NCBI GenBank assembly: GCA_964502815.1
Contig: CAZCXV010000001.1
Location: forward strand, 71,907 to 135,906
Direction: 5' to 3'
DNA length: 64,000 bases
Origin: an uncultured Gammaproteobacteria bacterium
Lineage (GTDB): Bacteria > Patescibacteriota > Microgenomatia > UBA8517
Position 1 is the first letter of the stretch, and every line of letters starts with the position of its first letter. The notes under the pieces are model-generated. The model did no database searches and was not told where the DNA came from. It saw only the letters and a list, made by a program, of their open reading frames with translations. This document shows, piece by piece, positions 18,053 through 27,569 of the stretch. The position numbers and the translations under genes are program-made.

Positions 18053-18665
18053 TAATATGTTCTACGAAATAATTAGAAAACTGCTTTGTCCTTTTGGAGA
18101 AATCGAAAAATTTGTTCCAGACTCTGGAAAAATACTTGACGTTGGTTGTGGACACGGAACATTTGCCAGGATTCTTTCTAGGGGCCACTATAATAGAAAA
18201 ATATTAGGAATAGACCCATCTGGTCATAAAATAGCTCTTGCCAAAAAATACTCTAATGGTTTCAAAAATGTTAAATTCGAAAAAAAGTATCTTTCACAAG
18301 TTAGAGGTAAGTACGATTGTATACTATTCATAGATGTATTGTATCTATTTCCTGATAGCGAGAAACTCGAGAGATTGAAGGAGGCTAACAAGGTTCTTAA
18401 AAAGGGTGGTACTTTATTAGTCAAGACTTCCAGTACTGAACCAAAAATACTATTCAAACTACTTCAACTTGAAGAAACCATTATGGTAAAAATTTTAGGC
18501 TATACTTATTCAGACAGGAAAGCGTTTTACTTTTCAACGATCAAGAAGCATAAAAATATAATACAACAGGCGGGATTTAAATTAATGAACTTTTCAATAT
18601 TCAAAAGCACTTTTCCCTATCGTCACCCAACTTATGTTGCACAAAAAACTAGTCAAATTAATTAG
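18036..18665 (+). CDS. class I SAM-dependent methyltransferase
   Basis: Motif I ILDVGCGHGTFARIL. 209 aa. Confidence 0.55.
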   Translation: MKILFDNMFYEIIRKLLCPFGEIEKFVPDSGKILDVGCGHGTFARILSRGHYNRKILGIDPSGHKIALAKKYSNGFKNVKFEKKYLSQVRGKYDCILFIDVLYLFPDSEKLERLKEANKVLKKGGTLLVKTSSTEPKILFKLLQLEETIMVKILGYTYSDRKAFYFSTIKKHKNIIQQAGFKLMNFSIFKSTFPYRHPTYVAQKTSQIN

Positions 18666-20094
18666 CCCAACTCTTATTATCGCTATTAGCTGGCAGATTA
18701 TACTTTTTTTTAGAATACCTACCTTTGTCTGGGAAAATGGCCTAGTTACCCCGTGGTTTATAAAAAATGGCTTAGTCATGCATAGAGATTTCGATCCTGG
18801 GGCATATTTGCCCCTTCCACAGCTTATTATTATAATTTTGGACAGAATCTTCAAAGGAAATATTCTTTTGACGGTATATATTTCCTTAATACAACCCTTA
18901 ACAGCTCTTTTTGTAGTCTACGCTATTAGCTATAAATTTATTTCAAAGAAAGCCGCATCAATAGCAAGCATCTACTTTGCAATCTGGTTTGGTTTCATTC
19001 TGAAACAAAATGTTTTTGACATTAATCTGCTAATCGGAATATTGGTATTGTTAATGATGGCCATTTTCTACATTTGGCTTGAGAAACGAAGCAACAAGCA
19101 TCTTTTCTTATTGGGATTTGTATCGTCCATAGCCTTATTTTCTCAACAGATGACTTTAGTTCCAATTAGCATTCTCTTTCTTTTAGTAATCTTTAATCTT
19201 TGGAGAAAGGTCAGAAATTATAAAAAGGTTGTCATGTCGAGTGTATGGCTTGTAGTAGGACTTGTTCCGATTACTTGTGTAGTAGTCGCGTACTTTCTTC
19301 TAAATGGGGTTTTTCGCGAATTCTTAGACGCAACAGTTCTGTATTATTTTGATACATCCCGATATCCCGCTTTCGAATTTAGTTTCAATCCACGTGATCT
19401 TATCATGCTTACAACAATGTCTATGCCTAGCTTACTTTTGCTACTAATCAATCTTAGAAAAAATAAAGAGAAAAAAACTGGCCTTTTACTGCTTATTTTC
19501 TTAACTACCTTCTCAATTTTCTTTGCAGTTTTTCACCCAAGGCGCTTTCTCTATTTATTGCCACTACAATCATTTGCAGCTGGCTGGATATTTCAACACC
19601 TCTCTGAGCTCAGAAATTGGAAAAAGAACATTACCATAATCAGTCTCATATTATTTAGCGTGTATTTAGTAATAAATATTTATCCTTGGTACAGAACTAC
19701 TATTAGTAGGGGTAGAATATATAAAAACTATGGATTGCCAGAACCAGGAGATTATGTATACGAAGCAAGTAAGTGGATCAGAGACAACTCTTCAACCAAC
19801 AGCAAAATTCATATATTAGGTCCTAACATTCTTTATTGGCAAACACAAAGACTGCCTGCAAACAAAAAAACATACTCTGCTCTTCCTTGGACATATGAAC
19901 CTTTTGAGGAAACAAAAAATCTTTTCACTCAAAATCCAGCTGATTATTGGCTTGTTGATGAGCGACTATTCGTAAGATTTACCAATTGGGGATATGAATA
20001 TCAATCCAAATTCCTCCGTGAGTTTCTTGATAATCAATATGAAAAAGTATTTAATAAAGACTGGATGTCTGTATATCAACATAAAACTCCGTGA
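18634..20094 (+). CDS. polytopic membrane protein, putative GT-C-like glycosyltransferase (paralog of 20091-21539)
   Basis: 486 aa, about 10 predicted TM helices and a C-terminal soluble domain. Shares the C-terminal YSALPW(T/H)… motif with the next gene. Confidence 0.3.
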   Translation: MLHKKLVKLISPTLIIAISWQIILFFRIPTFVWENGLVTPWFIKNGLVMHRDFDPGAYLPLPQLIIIILDRIFKGNILLTVYISLIQPLTALFVVYAISYKFISKKAASIASIYFAIWFGFILKQNVFDINLLIGILVLLMMAIFYIWLEKRSNKHLFLLGFVSSIALFSQQMTLVPISILFLLVIFNLWRKVRNYKKVVMSSVWLVVGLVPITCVVVAYFLLNGVFREFLDATVLYYFDTSRYPAFEFSFNPRDLIMLTTMSMPSLLLLLINLRKNKEKKTGLLLLIFLTTFSIFFAVFHPRRFLYLLPLQSFAAGWIFQHLSELRNWKKNITIISLILFSVYLVINIYPWYRTTISRGRIYKNYGLPEPGDYVYEASKWIRDNSSTNSKIHILGPNILYWQTQRLPANKKTYSALPWTYEPFEETKNLFTQNPADYWLVDERLFVRFTNWGYEYQSKFLREFLDNQYEKVFNKDWMSVYQHKTP

Positions 20095-21539
20095 GCAAAA
20101 CTAAACTACCCACAATTACTCTTGTTGTAGCTTTATTCTGGCACACCATGTTTTTTTTAAATTCTCCGAAGCTAACCTGGATACCAGCTTTTCTAAACAC
20201 CTGGTTTTTCGAAAAAGGACTTACCTACTATAAAGATTTCATTCAATTACATTTTCCGCTCCCCCATTTAATTGCTTATCCACTTTATAGGTTTACTAAT
20301 TGGAACATCTTGGTAGAACCACTTATGGCCTATATCATAGTCATTACCACTACTTACTTGGTATATATTCTTACAAAGAATAAAATTGGAGACATTGGTA
20401 GATCTTTAAGCTTAATATTTTTTTCTTTAACTTTCTGGAAAGCAAGTACCTGGATTCAGTATTCTGGTGAGTCAGTGATTGGAATTTTCTTAGTTGCAAG
20501 TGTCTTCTGCCTGTATACATTCTGGAAAAGTAGTAAAAGACTAAGTATTGTTTCATTCCTGTTTGGGTTTCTCTTTTCACTAAGCGTCTTGTCAGGACAA
20601 ATTGTTATTCCCACCATTACCTCGCTTGTAGTTTTATACATTCTTTTGCTTCTTAAAAAAGATCTAACGAAAAAGGAAACAATAATGACTTTTCTTAGTT
20701 TGTGCCTCGGGTTAATAATTCCATTTACAATAATCTCGCTATATTTTGTGAGTAAAACTGCATTTAATGACTTCTTTTTCTGGAACATACCTTATTATTT
20801 AACTTACGCCAAACTAGCTCGAGAAAACAGTTCCAGCTTACCCTGGGCTGAAATATTCTTTTTCTTTTCACCAGCTATTCTCTTGACAATTTTAGCGATC
20901 ACTTCAAAAAAGAAAGATTTTTTAAGTATTATTTTGATTTGCGCTTCTCTTCCTTCAATTTACTTTATAGTCAAAAGTATTTTTCATCCCCACCACCTTC
21001 TTTTCGTTCTACCAATCCTAGCAATTTGTTTAGGAAAATCAATAGATCTAATTGAACAAAAAAAACAAATTATCATTTCTGCCATTTTTTTATTATTCAT
21101 TTTTGCCTATGCAGTACTCAATTTACTTCCTTGGCATATATATCGAATCAAACAAGGCGACAGGAATTATAATGATATCTCAACAGAAAAAAATACTGTT
21201 GAATTTACTCTTTGGCTAAAAGCGAATATCGGTAATAAAAAAACAACTGTTGTCGGTGACCCGATGTTATACTACTATGCAAACTTAACGCCTGCTAATA
21301 AGTACTATTCTGCCCTACCTTGGCACTTCTTGCCCATTGAAAAGACAGCCAAGGAGTTTGAATACAAACCTCCAGAGTATTGGATTATAGATATAAACTA
21401 CTTAAAGCGTTTTGATGGTCCCTGGAAAGCAACCAAAGTAAGACAATTTATTTCTAACAAGATAGATGACTGTTGCAGCTTAATTTACGAAAATCCACCT
21501 TGGCAAGTCTGGAAAGCTAATCCAAATACCAAACTTTAA
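20091..21539 (+). CDS. polytopic membrane protein, putative GT-C-like glycosyltransferase (paralog of 18634-20094)
   Basis: 482 aa. Same architecture and shared motifs (…HFPLPHLIAYPLYRF… and YYSALPWHFLP). 4-bp overlap with the upstream gene. Confidence 0.3.
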   Translation: MSKTKLPTITLVVALFWHTMFFLNSPKLTWIPAFLNTWFFEKGLTYYKDFIQLHFPLPHLIAYPLYRFTNWNILVEPLMAYIIVITTTYLVYILTKNKIGDIGRSLSLIFFSLTFWKASTWIQYSGESVIGIFLVASVFCLYTFWKSSKRLSIVSFLFGFLFSLSVLSGQIVIPTITSLVVLYILLLLKKDLTKKETIMTFLSLCLGLIIPFTIISLYFVSKTAFNDFFFWNIPYYLTYAKLARENSSSLPWAEIFFFFSPAILLTILAITSKKKDFLSIILICASLPSIYFIVKSIFHPHHLLFVLPILAICLGKSIDLIEQKKQIIISAIFLLFIFAYAVLNLLPWHIYRIKQGDRNYNDISTEKNTVEFTLWLKANIGNKKTTVVGDPMLYYYANLTPANKYYSALPWHFLPIEKTAKEFEYKPPEYWIIDINYLKRFDGPWKATKVRQFISNKIDDCCSLIYENPPWQVWKANPNTKL

Positions 21540-23478
21540 CACTCTTTTTGTTCAAACAATTGAGGTTGTCGTCAACAGGGAATAAACTAACTTGTTTTGC
21601 TTTCACTCCAGCGAAGAAATAGCTAAACTTTTTCTCAATAAAGTTATTATCTCTTCCGATCTGAGGCGAACCAATCCAATCTTTTTGACGGTACCAATTT
21701 TTGCCATCTGTAGTTGTTTGAACAAAAATCGGAATTTTAGTTTCGCAGCTTGTGTTTAAATTTGCCTCTAACCTAGACAAAACGACTTCTTGGGCTAAAT
21801 TTATAATCAACTTATCTTCATTAATTTCAATTGTCACATTGTTTAACGGTTTCTCAAGCTTTTTATACTCTTCTTTAGTGTGTTCCATGTCATTTTTCCA
21901 TATTTTCAAAACCGGTACTTCATCAACTTTTACCTCGTAGACAGGGATTAATAATTTATCAACATATTCCCACGCATAATGATAATCTCTAGTCTCAAAT
22001 CGATAATAAACTTCCATCAGATATTCACCTTTTCTTTGGATACCAGAAAAATAAGCGTTATTGTAATCAATATCTTTCCTCAGCTTGAACAGGGGAATGT
22101 TTGAGGTCGCTCCTTGAATTAGTGCCAACTTTTCTCCAGAAGAGGAGTTTTTATTAATCCATTCAATTCCTTCCTTGTAAGCATTCCCGAATGTATTTCC
22201 TGAAGCAGGTATGTTTTTTTTGTATGCTCCCGATAATCCACCTATCAAAAAATTAAAATAAGTATTTTCATACGGATGGTATTTTACGAGCGGAAGGACT
22301 AAAACAACACTGCTTATACAAAGCAATAAGATACCTCCAATCAGGCCAGCTCTCCTTAACATCTTTACTCTTAACCACTCTGCTCCCAATCCGGCCAACA
22401 AGGTCATTGGAGGAATATATTCCAATATTTGTCTTGCTCCACCATAAATAGCAAATCGCGACCAGGTTACTCGAGCTATTGGAGCAATAAGCCAGAAAAT
22501 TAGGAGGGTCAGAATTGCCCTTTTGCTTTCAAGATGTTTCTTGATAGTAAACAAACCAAACGCAAGAAAAAGAAGAGTTAAGAGATTTGTTGTCAATATG
22601 ATCCATACAAATGGGTAAAGGTTAACAGGACCAAATGTAAAGCCTGGTTGGTAAACGATATTCGTTCCCTCAGTTTCGTAATATTGTAATGTTTTTGCGA
22701 TATTACCAAGAGGATCGCTCCAAAGATACGGCCATGATAAAATAAATATCCCAATGATTACCAGAGAGGAAATAATTAGATAAGATATTGTTTTTTTTGA
22801 AATAATAAAATCGAATTTATTCTTATCTTTCAAAAAAAGGTATAAAATCCAAGGCCCGAGTATAAATACTGTAAACAAGATGTTTAACTTTATGCTCATA
22901 GATATGCCTGCACATATCGCCCCCAGCAACAACAAGGTAGCCTTTCTTTTTTTAACAGCGTTAAACAGAAAATATAAAAAACCGACAAAAAAGGCAGTTT
23001 GTGGGACATCTTTCACATTAAAATGCGACTCTGCCCAAAAAAGTGGGTACGTAAACAACAACAATGAGGAGAAAATTGCTGGCCAGACACCAAAATTTTC
23101 ATAAGCGAAAAGAAAAGTAAAAAAGACTATCAATGCTGCCGTAAATACTATAAATAAGTTGTATGCTTCAATGTCACCTATAATTCTTAACTCCTGGAAA
23201 AAGACTCTATTGAAAGTAGCCATAAGAATATCTCCTAGTGGGGGATGTCCCATATCTTGGTCTTTTAGCTTTTTTCCAGTATGCAAAACGTCATTGGTTT
23301 GATAAAAACTATATGTATTTTTAAACGTTTCTTCACCCGTTAAATAATATTGTAGATAGGTTTGCCCTCTTCTAAAATGAACAGGTGAATCCCAAGATAT
23401 CCAATAATCGTTGAGGGTTGCAATACCAACAATCAAAAAAATAGACGAGATACAAAATGCCAGAGCAACTTTTTTCAT
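21517..23478 (-). CDS. GT-C-like membrane glycosyltransferase with C-terminal discoidin-like domain (paralog of 28724-30691)
   Basis: Conserved GHPPLGDIL…IGDIEAYNLFIV block shared with 28724-30691. Multi-TM. The C-terminal ~200 aa is soluble. Start placed at MKKVALAF (ATGA overlap with the upstream stop) rather than the track ATG at 23526. Confidence 0.4.
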   Translation of the reverse strand: MKKVALAFCISSIFLIVGIATLNDYWISWDSPVHFRRGQTYLQYYLTGEETFKNTYSFYQTNDVLHTGKKLKDQDMGHPPLGDILMATFNRVFFQELRIIGDIEAYNLFIVFTAALIVFFTFLFAYENFGVWPAIFSSLLLFTYPLFWAESHFNVKDVPQTAFFVGFLYFLFNAVKKRKATLLLLGAICAGISMSIKLNILFTVFILGPWILYLFLKDKNKFDFIISKKTISYLIISSLVIIGIFILSWPYLWSDPLGNIAKTLQYYETEGTNIVYQPGFTFGPVNLYPFVWIILTTNLLTLLFLAFGLFTIKKHLESKRAILTLLIFWLIAPIARVTWSRFAIYGGARQILEYIPPMTLLAGLGAEWLRVKMLRRAGLIGGILLLCISSVVLVLPLVKYHPYENTYFNFLIGGLSGAYKKNIPASGNTFGNAYKEGIEWINKNSSSGEKLALIQGATSNIPLFKLRKDIDYNNAYFSGIQRKGEYLMEVYYRFETRDYHYAWEYVDKLLIPVYEVKVDEVPVLKIWKNDMEHTKEEYKKLEKPLNNVTIEINEDKLIINLAQEVVLSRLEANLNTSCETKIPIFVQTTTDGKNWYRQKDWIGSPQIGRDNNFIEKKFSYFFAGVKAKQVSLFPVDDNLNCLNKKSVKVWYLD

Positions 23479-24014
23479 CTTAAGTATTGTATTTCTGGAT
23501 ATTTGTTTTCTCCCAAACCAGAACAAAGAACTGGAATTTCGGCACGTGGATAGTAAGAAACATTTGAGGAATTCTCCTGAACATTATTCAGCCAAAAATA
23601 CTGTGCTTTTGAAAGGCACTTTTCTGCTTCAGTAAGATTTGTCATTTTCGAGTGGTAAAATCCTGAAACTTTGCCGTTTTCCAAGTTGAATTGTGCAACT
23701 GCTACATCAACGGTTACTCTGGCAAAATCTAAATTTTCATTATCGATACCAATTACAAATATCTTGCTGCCGTCTTTGATAATTTGCACATCTTGCAAAT
23801 CTACAGTTTCACTTCTTTGGCTCCCGTCAACACGCCAAAAAACTTGAAGATTTGAAATACCAAGAACTTGAAATCCATATAACGTTAATGGAATTTCAAT
23901 TCTTTTGTCGTCAACAATTGCATTATATTCGATCTTTGCCCCAGGCCAGCCTTGGTGTTTTCCAGCATAGGCAGATTTTAACGTGTCCTCCAAAAAACTA
24001 GTCTGTCGATTCAT
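23475..24014 (-). CDS. hypothetical protein
   Basis: The track ORF is 23475-24137, but its first 41 codons overlap the SGNH hydrolase gene. An ATGA overlap at 24011-24014 suggests a start at MNRQTSF. No recognisable domain. Confidence 0.25.
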   Translation of the reverse strand: MNRQTSFLEDTLKSAYAGKHQGWPGAKIEYNAIVDDKRIEIPLTLYGFQVLGISNLQVFWRVDGSQRSETVDLQDVQIIKDGSKIFVIGIDNENLDFARVTVDVAVAQFNLENGKVSGFYHSKMTNLTEAEKCLSKAQYFWLNNVQENSSNVSYYPRAEIPVLCSGLGENKYPEIQYLR

Positions 24015-25090
24015 ATTATCGTACAAAAATATCTTTTGGGTAGCCAAACCGTTTTTAATGTCAAAATAAGCCCAGCTAAGTGGTAAACGAGTAATAGCGC
24101 TATACCTTTCAAGGTTTGAATCTTCTGCAAGTACCATTGAAGAAAGTTCAATCGCTGGCTCTTTTGGGTTAGTAGTTTTCTTTCCATTAAAGTATCTGAA
24201 ACATATTCCCCAGCAAGTTTGTTTGCATAAAATGATGGATGCTGGTCATTCGGATTTAAAACCAATAGTTTTTTATCTTCTACTCCTTTGAATTTCTCAT
24301 ACAAATCGATTACTTTGATGTTGTTATTGCTTGCTAAGGTTGATATCGTTTCGTGAAAAAAACTGAATTGATAATTACGATTAGGATTCAATGCATCATA
24401 TTGAGGAAAAACAACTAAAACCGGTGTTGCATTTATTTTCTTTACAGAATTGGAAAACATTTCCAGAAGTTGTTTAGTACGGTCATATTCCCCACTGCCC
24501 AAAGTATATGCTTTTTTAACCTCTGACATAGTTTTGTTTCCAGATTTAACCTTTTCTATCATGCCATGTGTCAACCAATAGATTCGCAGTGAACGAACTA
24601 ATTTACTTTTTACATATTTTGGTGGAAATTCTTTAAACACAAAATCTTGAGCATTTATCCCAATTAGCACCAAATCTGGATTAAAAGCAAGGCCTTCATC
24701 ATTAAGACGAGTCAGTTCGGTTTCAAAATTAAAGCCTGGTCTAGCTGCGTTAATTATCTCAACATTTGAAAATCCATACTGTTTCACAAGATATTCCTTC
24801 ATTACCTCAGGAAATGACTGCCCTTTTTCAAGATACCATCCGTAAGTATATGAATCGCCTAAGATATATATTCGGATCGTATCCTTATTTTTTTCTATTT
24901 TTACCTCTTTCTCCCAATAGCCAAAATTATTTAAAACTACGTTTTTCGACAACCAGTCAAAATCGTTTCTTTTGTACCTGGGATCAAGAAATGGTGGGTG
25001 CCAAAATATCCTCAGTAGAACCTCTACAAACAGAAGAACTGCAAGTGTAACTCCAAATATTTTCAAAAGTTTCAAATAGAGAGCTTTCAT
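24011..25090 (-). CDS. membrane-anchored SGNH/GDSL-family hydrolase
   Basis: An N-terminal TM helix, then the block I motif IYILGDSYTYG and a C-terminal DQH (DxxH) catalytic motif. 359 aa. Paralog of 32118-33209. Confidence 0.5.
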   Translation of the reverse strand: MKALYLKLLKIFGVTLAVLLFVEVLLRIFWHPPFLDPRYKRNDFDWLSKNVVLNNFGYWEKEVKIEKNKDTIRIYILGDSYTYGWYLEKGQSFPEVMKEYLVKQYGFSNVEIINAARPGFNFETELTRLNDEGLAFNPDLVLIGINAQDFVFKEFPPKYVKSKLVRSLRIYWLTHGMIEKVKSGNKTMSEVKKAYTLGSGEYDRTKQLLEMFSNSVKKINATPVLVVFPQYDALNPNRNYQFSFFHETISTLASNNNIKVIDLYEKFKGVEDKKLLVLNPNDQHPSFYANKLAGEYVSDTLMERKLLTQKSQRLNFLQWYLQKIQTLKGIALLLVYHLAGLILTLKTVWLPKRYFCTII

Positions 25091-26169
25091 TTGATTAAGA
25101 ATGGCTTGACTAACCTTGCCACCTTAATTACCTCACTGTCAGTTACAACAGCGTCCAGTGGCAATGTGGCTACTTTATCTCCGACGTATTCTGTAACAGG
25201 CAATTTTTTAGTCCGATATTTCTCAAAAGCTGGCTGCAGGTGTAAAGGTGTAAAATGAAATGAACAACCAACTCCATTCTTTTTCATATGCTCAAAAAAT
25301 TTATCTCTATCTTTAACCAATACAGGGTACAAATGCAGACCTTTGTTATCAAGATCTAGCAGTTTATTATATAAATTTACAACATGAGTTCTCCTTTTCA
25401 GAAACCCGTTAAGCCTTTTCAACTGTACTCTGCCTAAAGCCGAGTTAATATCCGTCGTGTTAACCTTATATCCTGGAAATTCGACTGTGTAAATCCATTT
25501 TGAATTAAGATTGTATCGTTTCCAAGCATCTTTAGATAATCCATGCAATCTCGCTTTCCGAAACCAATCTGCAACTTTATCATCTGATGTAGTAAGCATT
25601 CCACCTTCACCAGTGGTCATGTTTTTTGTTGCATAAAATGAGTATGCAGTTGCAAACGCCTTGTTATTGTCACAACCACTTTCTGTCAAATGTGCACTAT
25701 CTTCAATTACTGGAATCTCTGTCTTTATTTTTGCTTTATTTGCTGCGTAATGGACTGGGATTACCGCCTTGGTTTTTCGAGATAATACCGATTCAAGTGA
25801 TTTCTGGTCCATAGTAAAGGTATCTTCATTGATATCAGCAAAAACAGGTGTCGCTCCAACATGGACAATAACACTTACGGAGGAAGCAAAAGTAAACGAA
25901 GGCACTATTACCTCATCACCTGGCCCAACGTTCAAAGCTTTCAAAGCAAGGAATAGAGCAGAGGTAGCACTGTTAACCGCCACTGCGTGTTTAGCGCCAA
26001 CATATCTTGCAAATTCATCCTCAAATTTTAACGTCTCATGTCCCATGGTCAACCAACCGCTTTTGAGCACTCTAGTAACGGCATTTATCTCTGCCTTTCT
26101 TATAGAAGCTCTGGTCAATGGTATTTGCTTCATATTCTTTACGATAAACCTCATTAACTTGCCACCCAT
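25087..26169 (-). CDS. DegT/DnrJ/EryC1/StrS-family PLP-dependent sugar aminotransferase
   Basis: …FEDEFARYVGAKHAVAVNSATSALFLALKAL… plus the PLP-lysine region SFYATKNMTTGEGGM. 360 aa. Confidence 0.7.
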   Translation of the reverse strand: MGGKLMRFIVKNMKQIPLTRASIRKAEINAVTRVLKSGWLTMGHETLKFEDEFARYVGAKHAVAVNSATSALFLALKALNVGPGDEVIVPSFTFASSVSVIVHVGATPVFADINEDTFTMDQKSLESVLSRKTKAVIPVHYAANKAKIKTEIPVIEDSAHLTESGCDNNKAFATAYSFYATKNMTTGEGGMLTTSDDKVADWFRKARLHGLSKDAWKRYNLNSKWIYTVEFPGYKVNTTDINSALGRVQLKRLNGFLKRRTHVVNLYNKLLDLDNKGLHLYPVLVKDRDKFFEHMKKNGVGCSFHFTPLHLQPAFEKYRTKKLPVTEYVGDKVATLPLDAVVTDSEVIKVARLVKPFLIK

Positions 26170-27569
26170 TTAAGATAAGGTGTGTATTTCTTTAATATTT
26201 GATAAATCTTTCTATTATCTCCAATTTCTGACGCCATTAATAGATCTGTCAAGTCCTCATCTTGAAAAATTTTACCATTTTTGTTTTTTGCCATTCTAAT
26301 TCTATCAATTGACGTTTTAACAACATTTTCCTCATCGTTAAACAACTCTTCTGACATCTTTTCTCCTGGCCTAACACCAGTATAGTTGATTTTTATTTCT
26401 TCGTCCGGAATAAAACCAGCAAGTCTAATCATTGTTCGCGCGAGATTATCTATCTTTATTTGTTCACCCATATCTAGAACAAAAACTTCTCCACCTGTAC
26501 TTAAAATCGAAGCATGCAACACTAGCTGAACCGCCTCAGGAATAGACATAAAATAACGGATCATTCTTTTATCTGTGACAGTTACTGGTCCTCCCTTTGC
26601 TATTTGTCTTTTAAACGTCGGGACAACACTTCCTACGCTTCCAAACACATTACCAAATCTAACAGCACAGTATTGAGTTCTATTTTTGTTATTAAACCCG
26701 GAAATAATCTTTTCACCCACTAGTTTCGTCGCTCCCATAATACTTGTTGGATTAACGGCTTTATCTGTTGATAAGTAAACAAATTTCTCTACTCCCCTTT
26801 CATATGCCGCTCTAGCTACATTGTGGGTACCAGCGACATTGTTTTTGATGGCTTCTTCGGGAAATATTTGCATCAGTGGTACATGTTTGTAGGCCGCAGC
26901 ATGAAAAACAATTTCAGGATTGTATTCTCTCATGACTTCGTACAACTTTTTATAGTCTCGAATGTTTGCAATTGAGTAATAAATACGATCTTTGTATTCC
27001 TTGAGTTCGACTCCAAGCTCATATAAACCATTTTCAGACCAATCAAGCGCAATAATCTTTTTTGGATTGCAAGATACTAGTTGCCTGCAGATCTCAGACC
27101 CAATCGATCCAGCTGCTCCAGTTATTAGGATTGTTTTGTTTTTAAATTTCTTTTTGAATAACTCTACACTTGATTTCAAAATAGCTCTACCTAAAATGTC
27201 TTCTACTTGTATTTCTCTTACTTGCTGTAGTTTTACTTTGCCTTCAACTATTTCCGAGAGTCTAGGAATGATTTTGAACTGTACTTTAACTTCCCTGCAC
27301 AAATCTATGATTCTCCTGACCGTTTCACCCTCACCTGAAGGAATAGCTATAAACACTTCGTTAATATGATATTTACTAATAAGCTGTGGAAGTTCGTTTG
27401 TATTACCCAAGACATTAAAGGAATTAATTTTTTGCTTTTGTTTTTTTGGGTCGTCATCAACAAGGCCAATTATTTCGTAAAAGTTAGGTAAATTCTTTAC
27501 TATTTCATCAACCAATTCTTGACCAGCAACTCCTGCACCAACAATTAATATTTTTTGTTTTTCTCTCAT
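26154..27569 (-). CDS. polysaccharide biosynthesis protein, NDP-sugar 4,6-dehydratase (CapD/PglF/WbpM-like)
   Basis: Two Rossmann motifs (ILIVGAGVAGQELV and KTILITGAAGSIGSEICRQLV). 471 aa, the size and architecture of CapD-like dehydratases. Confidence 0.65.
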   Translation of the reverse strand: MREKQKILIVGAGVAGQELVDEIVKNLPNFYEIIGLVDDDPKKQKQKINSFNVLGNTNELPQLISKYHINEVFIAIPSGEGETVRRIIDLCREVKVQFKIIPRLSEIVEGKVKLQQVREIQVEDILGRAILKSSVELFKKKFKNKTILITGAAGSIGSEICRQLVSCNPKKIIALDWSENGLYELGVELKEYKDRIYYSIANIRDYKKLYEVMREYNPEIVFHAAAYKHVPLMQIFPEEAIKNNVAGTHNVARAAYERGVEKFVYLSTDKAVNPTSIMGATKLVGEKIISGFNNKNRTQYCAVRFGNVFGSVGSVVPTFKRQIAKGGPVTVTDKRMIRYFMSIPEAVQLVLHASILSTGGEVFVLDMGEQIKIDNLARTMIRLAGFIPDEEIKINYTGVRPGEKMSEELFNDEENVVKTSIDRIRMAKNKNGKIFQDEDLTDLLMASEIGDNRKIYQILKKYTPYLKWVAS

